From IMG/VR virus record IMGVR_UViG_3300040801_005040, positions 1-64,000 of that record: a DNA stretch of 64,000 nt. One strand, 5' to 3'. The stretch's first letter is position 1, and every line of letters starts with the position of its first letter. Position numbers and translations under genes: made by a program. Positions 57,191 to 64,000 of the stretch are shown here, piece by piece. The notes under the pieces were generated by a model, which was not told the DNA's origin, did no database searches, and saw only the letters and a list, made by a program, of their open reading frames with translations. Source of the stretch: a virus.

Positions 57191-59557
57191 TTAATTCATT
57201 ATTCTCATGTCATCCAGCTTAAATTTAGGAGCTATCTGACCTGCGATTCTATTCCAGTTTTTATCTACAAACTCATCATTTTCAAAATGAGCTCTTTCTT
57301 TTTCTTGTTCGTAACTAAATTTTATTTTATCCATATCCTCCCTCATAATCATTACCATGTCCATTGCTGATACCCTGTCAAAGTTACCATCTGGATTCCA
57401 GGTAATACATTCTTGGAGATATGGTATAGATCTTATTTTTTCATAATTCTGATATGTTTGTTCTTCACCCTTTTCGTCTACATATTTGCTAGTACCCAAC
57501 ATCCAGCTTCTTTGAAGGGTTTTACCAAGAGCAATGGTCTGTTTGTTTGTCCTGGTTCCTTTTGCCCTGTTTCCATGAAGCGTATCTTTTACAATCTCCA
57601 TATCCCTGAGAAGCTGGGGAGTATCATATAAGAGATGTGTTTTGTTAAGATTGCTAAAATGAATATATAATCCCTTTAAGTTATTTTCATAGTTAAGCTG
57701 TGCATTATAAAACTCACAAAGCATTATACAAACATCATAAAATTCACTTGCCAGTACGGGACGCCCACTATATTCTGCTACAATCCTATCTGTAAGCAAG
57801 TCAAAAACAAATACTGATGCAAGTGACCCTTGTAATGTATAATCATTGTCAATGGGGTCAGCTCCAATAATATATCTATTTCTGTATACTTTTCCACTCC
57901 TGTCTTTCTTGGGCATTTCAAAGATTTCAAGAGCTCCCTGGTTGTTTTTATTGTCTTTAAGTGGAAATTTGTGTATTGGACTGATAGTAGTATCTGGTTT
58001 CCATTCTACATTTCCATTATTATCGTATACCAGTTTTCCTATGTAATGTTCATTACAATGCTGTTGATAATTTACCATTATCTTCTCAAGGGTTTCTTTG
58101 AGAGCTCCAATTGGAAATGCAGTACCTTCAGTACGCATAACCGCTTCCTGAGGAGTAATTGGCCTTTCAGCTTTTTCCTGTACAATTGCATTAGGGTCAG
58201 ACGTATTATACTTTACGTTGATACGTCTTACAAAAGTTTTAATTAGCGCTTTGACTACATCTGAGTTTCCATTCTTATCATAGCATCCTGCAGCATTGAG
58301 ATATTGACCAAAAAAGAATGCAGATTCAGTGCTGCCATTTGTATTTTTATCAAACACATTTGGCATGTGCTGTATGTTATAACCACGAGGATTATAAAAT
58401 ATTTGTTGTAATCCTTCAAAATCCACTCCTTCTTCACCACCTGTACCATAGGCATTCATAAGACCAAAGACCTGATCATCTTCCTCAACTGAAGGCCTTG
58501 CAACTGCCCATGCAGTAAGGAAATCCTGAAAAGAACCTACTTCTTCCCATTCAATAAGAATTCCCCTTTTACCCCTGGCCCGGTGAGGGTCATTCTTAAG
58601 CGTAACTCCATTGACTGTATTTCTTACTCCGGCAACCCTTCCTGTATTGGAATCCTTGTATCCCATCATCCAGCCCATTTCATTCATAGAATCTTTGGCT
58701 TCCCTTATTCTTGGCCATGGGGTATTATCAGCGCAAAAGTCAGTAATGTCAAGGAACTTGTTAAGAACACCATCTTTAACGAGATATTCTTTCTCATTTG
58801 CAATAGCAAAGGATTTTGTTTTTTCCTTGCTTATTTCAGTTTCCCCAAGTATAAAATTCCTTGAGAGTTTTGATCCTCCTTTAAAAGAGAATCCAGATCC
58901 CCTTTTCTTTAGGGTTGCTGTATGTTTTCCATTTCGTCTCGCTTTTTCGAGATAGTGGAAAAAAAGATAATCTCCATCATATATATCAGGAAACCCTTCA
59001 GTCCTTACTGTCTTACCCCCTTTACGTATGTTACGTTTTATGTAGCTGTAATTCAAGTAAAAGTAAAAGTATCCAGGAATCCACTCTCCATCATATTCCC
59101 TTACCATTCCCTCTCTGCACCTTCTGGCTTCTTCCTGCCAAAATTGCGCATACTCAGAATTGGGATTACTGTTTGGGTATAAATGAGTATACCTTCCAGT
59201 AGCTTGAAATCTGATAGCAGCCTGTCTGAAATAATCCATGTCCTCAAGAATATGAGGATTATGGATATTTACTGCTATCCTTCCATCAGGAATTTCTCTT
59301 CTTGTTTTATTATAAGGATCATCCCAGCGTTTAAGATCACAAGCTCTTTTCCTTTCATTGCTAACTAAATTTTGTATGAAAAGAATAGAATCATATGCTT
59401 CTAAAAAATCAAAATACACCTCTTTGGTGTATTGCTCTGAAAGATCTTTTTCTCTTAAAGACTCGCCTATGATAATCTTTAACTCTTCGGGAGTCCTAAA
59501 GGTTGTCTGTGCACTATTAAATAAAAACCTTCTGTCCTGATCAAATTCCATCTTCAA
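57191..59557 (-). CDS. terL: terminase large subunit
   Basis: KKRGSGFSF Walker A-like, WEEVG Walker B, YGTGG coupling motif, YIIGADP RNase H Asp, YENN, NFDRVSA; no intein. Confidence 0.93.
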   Translation of the reverse strand: MKMEFDQDRRFLFNSAQTTFRTPEELKIIIGESLREKDLSEQYTKEVYFDFLEAYDSILFIQNLVSNERKRACDLKRWDDPYNKTRREIPDGRIAVNIHNPHILEDMDYFRQAAIRFQATGRYTHLYPNSNPNSEYAQFWQEEARRCREGMVREYDGEWIPGYFYFYLNYSYIKRNIRKGGKTVRTEGFPDIYDGDYLFFHYLEKARRNGKHTATLKKRGSGFSFKGGSKLSRNFILGETEISKEKTKSFAIANEKEYLVKDGVLNKFLDITDFCADNTPWPRIREAKDSMNEMGWMMGYKDSNTGRVAGVRNTVNGVTLKNDPHRARGKRGILIEWEEVGSFQDFLTAWAVARPSVEEDDQVFGLMNAYGTGGEEGVDFEGLQQIFYNPRGYNIQHMPNVFDKNTNGSTESAFFFGQYLNAAGCYDKNGNSDVVKALIKTFVRRINVKYNTSDPNAIVQEKAERPITPQEAVMRTEGTAFPIGALKETLEKIMVNYQQHCNEHYIGKLVYDNNGNVEWKPDTTISPIHKFPLKDNKNNQGALEIFEMPKKDRSGKVYRNRYIIGADPIDNDYTLQGSLASVFVFDLLTDRIVAEYSGRPVLASEFYDVCIMLCEFYNAQLNYENNLKGLYIHFSNLNKTHLLYDTPQLLRDMEIVKDTLHGNRAKGTRTNKQTIALGKTLQRSWMLGTSKYVDEKGEEQTYQNYEKIRSIPYLQECITWNPDGNFDRVSAMDMVMIMREDMDKIKFSYEQEKERAHFENDEFVDKNWNRIAGQIAPKFKLDDMRIMN

Positions 59558-60089
59558 ACATGGACTTTACTTTTTGTCCTTTTAACTGAGATTGTTCTTC
59601 CATTTCACGTATCACCTGATCCTTTGCTTTTTTTAGCTTTTCCATTGCATCTGGAATTTTATTAAGCATTGTAAGCAAAGAATCAAGTTTATAAATTGGA
59701 TTACCCCTACTGTCTGTTTTTTCTAATAACGCTTCTGGATTCTTTAACTCCTTTTCAATAAATTCTACAGTTTTTACTGAAGCATCATATAAACTTGAAG
59801 AAGGGGTTTTTGAATATTCTTTATAAAATTTAATTCCTTTAATTACAGTTTCATCTGGCTCCCATTCTTTAGGAAGACTGATTGCTTTTATTATTTCTTC
59901 TTTTCTAATATCTTCATCAATGATACTTTGAAAATCAGATCTAACATCTGTAAAAAACCATATGAAGGATAACTCTTTTAATGTTAAGTCTTCATCTTCA
60001 TTTTTATCCCTTATATCGGCAAATGGCTTAAGCATCATTGTTTGAGGCTCAAATATTACCTGATATTTCCTTAGCTGAAATAGTTGCAT
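59541..60089 (-). CDS. conserved crAss protein upstream of terL (possible terminase small subunit); likely start MQLFQL
   Basis: F..D.RSD, LP..W.PD, D..G.P.Y, FEDG terminus; synteny. Confidence 0.6.
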   Translation of the reverse strand: MQLFQLRKYQVIFEPQTMMLKPFADIRDKNEDEDLTLKELSFIWFFTDVRSDFQSIIDEDIRKEEIIKAISLPKEWEPDETVIKGIKFYKEYSKTPSSSLYDASVKTVEFIEKELKNPEALLEKTDSRGNPIYKLDSLLTMLNKIPDAMEKLKKAKDQVIREMEEQSQLKGQKVKSMFEDGI

Positions 60090-60104
60090 ATCTTCTCCTT
60101 TACA

Positions 60105-60112
60105 CAAATATA
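60105..60112 (-). promoter_or_regulatory. candidate -7 box TATATTTG upstream of the packaging operon
   Basis: TAnnTTTG directly after a terminator, 15 nt before the ATG at 60089; no clear -33 TTG. Confidence 0.45.
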
Positions 60113-60116
60113 AAAT

Positions 60117-60143
60117 AAAAAAGCTCAGCGTAACACTGAGCTT
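60117..60143 (-). terminator. Rho-independent terminator
   Basis: AAGCTCAGTG-TTA-CGCTGAGCTT followed by TTTT. Confidence 0.8.
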
Positions 60144-60170
60144 CTTATTAGACTCCTAATAGATATTTGA

Positions 60171-60719
60171 TTAACGCTTCACATACAAGAGTGATCTTTC
60201 ATGTACAAGAAGATAATTTCTACCATTCAATATCTGTATATATTTTACAATATCATTGACTTCTTCTGCTTTAACGCTATTTGGATTTTTAACCCTTACG
60301 AAGCTGTCAATGTCTACACATACAGTATCCCCTTTCTTTACTTGATTGCATTGAGGCCCTACAGCTATTACCTGTTGAATATGATTTAAAGACTCTGTAA
60401 TTTCCTTAAAAGCATTTAAACTAAAATCCTTTTGTACTAAAAATCTACCTGCATCTTCAAGACTATAAAGACTACAGGTCAAAAGTACATTCTGACCAAT
60501 AGGTTCTATTCCAGGGTCTACTATTTTTATAGAATCTTCATATTTTTCCTTGTAAACCCTAAATGCTTCGTCAGCAGTTTCAATTAGCGATGCTTTAGTA
60601 GTATCAGACAGCTTATGCTTTTCCTGAATTTTCTTTAATTCTTCAGAAAGTATTTCACCTGTCTTCTTTTCTTCCTTGTACTTCTTCGCTGCTTTCGCTA
60701 CGTCTCCTCTTCTTTGCAT
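60171..60719 (-). CDS. GroES-like co-chaperonin domain protein
   Basis: IEPIGQNVLL...VIAVGP...VKKGDTV...NGRNYLLVHERSLL resembles GroES strands; charged N-terminal extension. Confidence 0.6.
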   Translation of the reverse strand: MQRRGDVAKAAKKYKEEKKTGEILSEELKKIQEKHKLSDTTKASLIETADEAFRVYKEKYEDSIKIVDPGIEPIGQNVLLTCSLYSLEDAGRFLVQKDFSLNAFKEITESLNHIQQVIAVGPQCNQVKKGDTVCVDIDSFVRVKNPNSVKAEEVNDIVKYIQILNGRNYLLVHERSLLYVKR

Positions 60720-60972
60720 TTTGTTTTGCTTTTTTTATTCTTTTAAAATTACCATATGATGAATATAACTTTCCAGTTGAAGGTAAATTAAAATTGGGCA
60801 TATTCTTTTCAAATTCTTCTTCTGTCCAATTTAAATCTATTTCAAGATTTGCTGTTTTCTCCCGAATAAATTTAAAAGGCGCTTTTACAATTTCAAATAC
60901 CTGATCCTGAGTTAAGTTATACTTATCGCATAGCTTTCGTATTATTTTATATTCTTCCTTGTCAAGCCTCAT
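60655..60972 (-). CDS. HU/IHF-like small DNA-binding protein
   Basis: I..L..KYNL....V..IV.A.F.FI...NFNLP..GKLY. Confidence 0.55.
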   Translation of the reverse strand: MRLDKEEYKIIRKLCDKYNLTQDQVFEIVKAPFKFIREKTANLEIDLNWTEEEFEKNMPNFNLPSTGKLYSSYGNFKRIKKAKQNAKKRRRSESSEEVQGRKEDR

Positions 60973-61354
60973 TTTTAATGTTCAGGTTGAATACCAGTTG
61001 AAATACATCTGCCCCATCCTCAACATTTGGAATAAGCACTCTGGTCACAGAATCGCCAATTAAGATTTTTCTATTTCTGAGTTCACTTAACATATTACTT
61101 AAAACCTGATTATTACTGTAGCCCATTTTTTTCTTTATTTCTTCCCTGACTTCAGTATCAATTAATAATTGATTAACCAGTTTCTCATCCTTAACTTTTA
61201 ACATAAGGTTATGGCGTCTATATAACAAGTATGCTACAATGTCCATCTCTTTGTTTGTCATTTTATGGAAAGGCTTTAAAAGCAATAACCATACCCTGAA
61301 AAATTGTTCAAGAGTGACATCAAACGTTTTTACGTTAGTGTTTTTCTTTTGCAT
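60962..61354 (-). CDS. helix-turn-helix protein (RepL-like, conserved in crAss-like phages)
   Basis: L.PFH.MT.KE.D...REEI...MG.S......LS.LR..KI. Confidence 0.55.
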   Translation of the reverse strand: MQKKNTNVKTFDVTLEQFFRVWLLLLKPFHKMTNKEMDIVAYLLYRRHNLMLKVKDEKLVNQLLIDTEVREEIKKKMGYSNNQVLSNMLSELRNRKILIGDSVTRVLIPNVEDGADVFQLVFNLNIKNEA

Positions 61355-61628
61355 TTTCCGTATCTATTTCCTGTGCTCTTTTCAAGTAGGACTTAAGACG
61401 GAGGGATGCTTTTTCAAAATCTTTTTGCAACTTTCTTCCTTTTGTCCTTTTGCTATTGTTAAAAGGTCTTAGTGGCAATACTTCCCCGTTTCTTCCAACT
61501 AAACCTTTACGCATAGCCCTCCATACACTTTTATACTTTGTAGCTCCTGTAAAAGTGCGAAGCTCAAAAGTATGTGCTGGTACTGAAAGCCTTTCGTCTA
61601 TTTGACGCATCTTAACTGTTTTTTGCAT
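61335..61628 (-). CDS. basic hypothetical protein
   Basis: 97 aa; KYKSVWRA.RKG.V...G...P.RPFNN. Confidence 0.6.
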   Translation of the reverse strand: MQKTVKMRQIDERLSVPAHTFELRTFTGATKYKSVWRAMRKGLVGRNGEVLPLRPFNNSKRTKGRKLQKDFEKASLRLKSYLKRAQEIDTENAKEKH

Positions 61629-61792
61629 AATCTAATTGTTTTTTTATTAGTGTCATCATCACAAATATAGTAATTAGGATGACTTGAAACAAATAGATTT
61701 ACAATACGTCTAATAGAATCTGTAACATTTTCAATAAACAGGCTTCTTCCCAGATCCCTGGTCTCCTCCCAACCGTTTATTTCTTTTAACAT
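61598..61792 (-). CDS. hypothetical protein
   Basis: 64 aa; fills the gap but overlaps both neighbours. Confidence 0.4.
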   Translation of the reverse strand: MLKEINGWEETRDLGRSLFIENVTDSIRRIVNLFVSSHPNYYICDDDTNKKTIRLCKKQLRCVK

Positions 61793-61976
61793 AATAGTTT
61801 CCGTATAAATTTACATGTAGTGCTTCCCAAGTATCTATATCAGTTTGCTCTATATCTGTTCCTCCGCATATTCCACAAAAATCTATAATCCTCCCTTGTA
61901 ATGTTGTAGGTCTTATATTAAGCGAAAGACAATTTGTGCAATAATGTACAGGCTCTTCGTTATAGTCCATCACCAA
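61731..61976 (-). CDS. zinc-ribbon protein
   Basis: DYNEEPVHYCTNCLSL...FCGICG.TDI. Confidence 0.7.
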   Translation of the reverse strand: MVMDYNEEPVHYCTNCLSLNIRPTTLQGRIIDFCGICGGTDIEQTDIDTWEALHVNLYGNYYVKRNKRLGGDQGSGKKPVY

Positions 61977-62188
61977 AAGTCTTTAGGGCAAGTACATCGC
62001 ATGCATTTTGTTTTACTTGGTAAGTAACAACCACATTTACTACAAGTATTGGTTGCTTTCATCCTATACTGACAGTTCATACAGATCTCCATTCTTGCTT
62101 CTGCAAGTTTTTGTTCTCTGTCGGGCATATCCTGTATCTTCCAAAGTTTGGAATACCCTTCTACAAGTTGTTTTAATTTATTACCCAT
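61970..62188 (-). CDS. Cys-rich small protein (DUF6171-like)
   Basis: R..IC..C......TC..CGC....K......CP...W. Confidence 0.65.
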   Translation of the reverse strand: MGNKLKQLVEGYSKLWKIQDMPDREQKLAEARMEICMNCQYRMKATNTCSKCGCYLPSKTKCMRCTCPKDFW

Positions 62189-62191
62189 AAT

Positions 62192-62221
62192 AAGAAAGCC
62201 CCACCTAGGGGCGTGGGGCTT
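62192..62221 (-). terminator. Rho-independent terminator
   Basis: AAGCCCCAC-8 nt-GTGGGGCTT followed by TCTTATT. Confidence 0.7.
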
Positions 62222-62256
62222 AGATAAACACTTAATTATGAAAAACAGCTCCTATC

Positions 62257-62346
62257 TCAGGAGTATACATATGTGCAATTCTGACATTCTCCTTCACAAT
62301 TTGTACAGTTTGTTTGCCAGAATCCATTTAGATTTAACTCTTGCAT
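62257..62346 (-). CDS. 29-aa Cys-rich peptide (absent from the ORF track)
   Basis: MQELNLNGFWQTNCTNCEGECQNCTYVYS*; TATATTTG box just upstream and terminator downstream. Confidence 0.4.
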   Translation of the reverse strand: MQELNLNGFWQTNCTNCEGECQNCTYVYS

Positions 62347-62389
62347 TTTCAAATATATAAAATATTTTATTATGAAAGTAAAAAATAAG

Positions 62390-62463
62390 TGGTCTCACCA
62401 GGATTTGAACCTGGGACCCTCTGATTATGAGTCAGACGCTCTAACCAGCTGAGCTATGAGACC
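62390..62463 (-). tRNA. tRNA with CAT anticodon (Ile2 favoured over Met); CCA not encoded
   Basis: GGTCTCA/TGAGACC acceptor stem, TAGCTCAGCTGGTTAGAGC D-arm, TCTGA-CTCATAA-TCAGA anticodon arm, CCAGG-TTCAAAT-CCTGG T-arm; lacks initiator features. Confidence 0.93.
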
Positions 62464-62464
62464 T

Positions 62465-62611
62465 TTAAATTGCATTATCCAATTCACCAATAAGTTGCCT
62501 TATTTCATACCTCTCTAAAACTTGCTCAAAGGTTTTACCATCTTTGGTCTTAAGGCTTAATTTAAAATGGTTTTTTACTTCTACGGGAGTACATTGAATA
62601 TCACTTAACAT
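62465..62611 (-). CDS. 48-aa hypothetical protein (absent from the ORF track)
   Basis: MLSDIQCTPVEVKNHFKLSLKTKDGKPFEQVLERYEIRQLIGELDNAI*; stops 1 nt before the tRNA. Confidence 0.6.
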   Translation of the reverse strand: MLSDIQCTPVEVKNHFKLSLKTKDGKTFEQVLERYEIRQLIGELDNAI

Positions 62612-62683
62612 GGTATTAAAATTAAAAGTTAGACTATAAAGATACCAAAGAAAAGCGACTTTAAACTACCTAAAAAAATGTGT

Positions 62684-63040
62684 TTAATTAATCAAAACTT
62701 CATGAACACCTGACATGTGTGTTACATTAAAATGACACGTATTTGTCTCATTATCAATATATAAAGAATCATTAGGTGTGCTTGGGGAAGAACTATAAAT
62801 CTCGTCTTTACCTACAGAATAATTAATTGAAGGAGTAATTCCAGTATAATATCTAAAATCAGTATACCATGGATTAATATACCATACTGGCCAATTATGA
62901 TTGTGCATTACAACTTTTGTAGTAAGTTTCCAATCTTTCCAATTTGGAATAAGTTTTTTAATTGCATTTACAAACTTTCCCATATCTACCTCAGCTTCAA
63001 TAGTAACAGTCTGACTATCAAAATCTAGTTGAAATCTCAT
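62684..63040 (-). CDS. hypothetical protein
   Basis: 118 aa, TAATG-coupled to the upstream gene. Confidence 0.65.
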   Translation of the reverse strand: MRFQLDFDSQTVTIEAEVDMGKFVNAIKKLIPNWKDWKLTTKVVMHNHNWPVWYINPWYTDFRYYTGITPSINYSVGKDEIYSSSPSTPNDSLYIDNETNTCHFNVTHMSGVHEVLIN

Positions 63041-63582
63041 TATTTTTTTACATTATTAGTTATCGTAACATGAATTGCTATTGGAATAGCAGCCATAAAC
63101 TCTCCAGCTCCTAACGTCCACAAACCTAAAAACTTACCACCTACCATACCCAATACGGCTATCCCAAATCCGATCCAACCAAGAATCTTAGGCGTTGAAG
63201 TTCTGTAAAAGTTCAAGATATCCAAATATGCAAACACTATCCCTGCAACAGTAAATACATAATGGGCTATTTCAACCCAGGAGACGCCAATAGTAACTGG
63301 AGTGCAAATTACACCCATAAACATAAAAGCAGTCCACTTATTTACCTGCCTGACATTTGCCCTAACTGGCCATCGAAAAAGAACTTTAAGCTTTTTTGAA
63401 AAATTATCAGCTCGTATAAAAAATATACTCATTATCGAAGTAAGCGTAATAAAAAGCAATTGCTCCTGATAACTCCTTGCATACTCACTCCAGGAAGGAT
63501 ATAAATTCCAGCCCACCATGATGGTGATAGCTATCAATGCTATAGCAAGAAGAATATTAATTGTAAGTCTCGCTCCTTTCAT
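63040..63582 (-). CDS. multi-pass membrane protein
   Basis: 180 aa with about 6 hydrophobic segments. Confidence 0.7.
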   Translation of the reverse strand: MKGARLTINILLAIALIAITIMVGWNLYPSWSEYARSYQEQLLFITLTSIMSIFFIRADNFSKKLKVLFRWPVRANVRQVNKWTAFMFMGVICTPVTIGVSWVEIAHYVFTVAGIVFAYLDILNFYRTSTPKILGWIGFGIAVLGMVGGKFLGLWTLGAGEFMAAIPIAIHVTITNNVKK

Positions 63583-63754
63583 CAGGATACCTTTTAGTGT
63601 AAACCTTAATCCATAAAAAATAATACTCTGCTTTTAATACTTTACACCAATAGCCGAGATTAGACTCATCTAAGTTAGGTTCATACAGAAGGTCTACTGT
63701 CAAAGTAGTGTAGCAACCAAAAAATTTCCTTATACTACCAAATCCCCTAACCAT
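63557..63754 (-). CDS. hypothetical protein
   Basis: 65 aa, overlaps neighbours. Confidence 0.4.
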   Translation of the reverse strand: MVRGFGSIRKFFGCYTTLTVDLLYEPNLDESNLGYWCKVLKAEYYFLWIKVYTKRYPDERSETYN

Positions 63755-63945
63755 GCCCTATAAAATAAGTAAATGCAGATCCATAAAACACAGAAGAGAG
63801 AAAAAAGGTAGAGATAATCTATGGGCTCAAAATCATTATCCATAGCATTAGGTATAAGTATCCCACTCCTACTGAGTGACAAACTAAATGTAAGAAGAAG
63901 AATTGTATTTTCAAAGAAAAGTGGATAAAAATCCACTTCTCTCAT
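63730..63945 (-). CDS. small membrane protein (start uncertain)
   Basis: Hydrophobic C-terminal helix; AGGAGG upstream of the ATG at 63945; alternative start MDNDF. Confidence 0.45.
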   Translation of the reverse strand: MREVDFYPLFFENTILLLTFSLSLSRSGILIPNAMDNDFEPIDYLYLFSLFCVLWICIYLFYRAWLGDLVV

Positions 63946-64000
63946 TAAACACCTCCTTTCTTTAGATTCTTACTTCATAATTAGATACACTTATCCCCTC

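Noticed and set aside
54766-59557. Inteins or introns in terminase and portal
   Set aside because: Motifs are contiguous, lengths are ordinary, and no Hint or LAGLIDADG signature is visible.
738-62360. Plus-strand ORFs and nested short minus-strand ORFs in the track (e.g. 952..1275, 6770..7300, 15778..16311, 51301..51876)
   Set aside because: They are antisense or alternate-frame shadows of long genes, with biased composition and no motifs. 738..950 and 952..1275 lie within the real 1752 to <1 ORF.
1-64000. Stop-codon reassignment (TAG to Gln or TGA to Trp), common in some crAss-like phages
   Set aside because: Long genes are intact in code 11 and no suppressor tRNA is present. Reading through the RNAP-N TAG (8318) hits TGA nine codons later, and the TAG at 1743 is out of frame with RNAP-C, so recoding does not explain the split.
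1-64000. CRISPR array, integrase, transposase or invertible tail cassette
   Set aside because: No regularly spaced repeats, no recombinase or transposase ORF, and no opposite-strand fibre fragments or long inverted repeats other than terminators were seen.

Overview
This window is about 64 kb of the late (virion) gene arm of a crAss-like podophage (Crassvirales, phi14:2/crAss001-type gene order), probably infecting a Bacteroidota (Flavobacteria-like) host. All credible genes are on the minus strand, tightly packed, and read in the standard code 11. From right to left: small membrane, Zn-finger, HU/IHF-like and GroES-like genes with a tRNA(CAT); terminase; portal; scaffold; major capsid; ring and auxiliary capsid genes; a ~17 kb receptor-binding block (two Mtd_N fibres, carbohydrate-binding-type modules, a beta-helix spike, a double pectate-lyase protein, cadherin-like repeats); a lysis cassette; ring and muzzle genes; and the giant ejected cargo proteins. 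Main discovery: the virion RNA polymerase appears split. ORF 8318..12952 carries the GSDFDIDK catalytic motif but stops shortly after the GxGxxAxxxxxH helix. The next conserved helix (ISxxLxELxxAYVDVAKDP) and the rest of the enzyme lie in an ORF absent from the supplied track (1752 to <1, at least 584 aa). About 7 kb of foreign, tail-like genes separate the halves, and each half is fused in frame to a ~66-aa foreign terminus. The otherwise cysteine-free giant cargo proteins carry single Cys residues only at their termini, including both new ends made by the split, which suggests a head-to-tail linking system. All family calls come from motifs and synteny read by eye; no database search was run.
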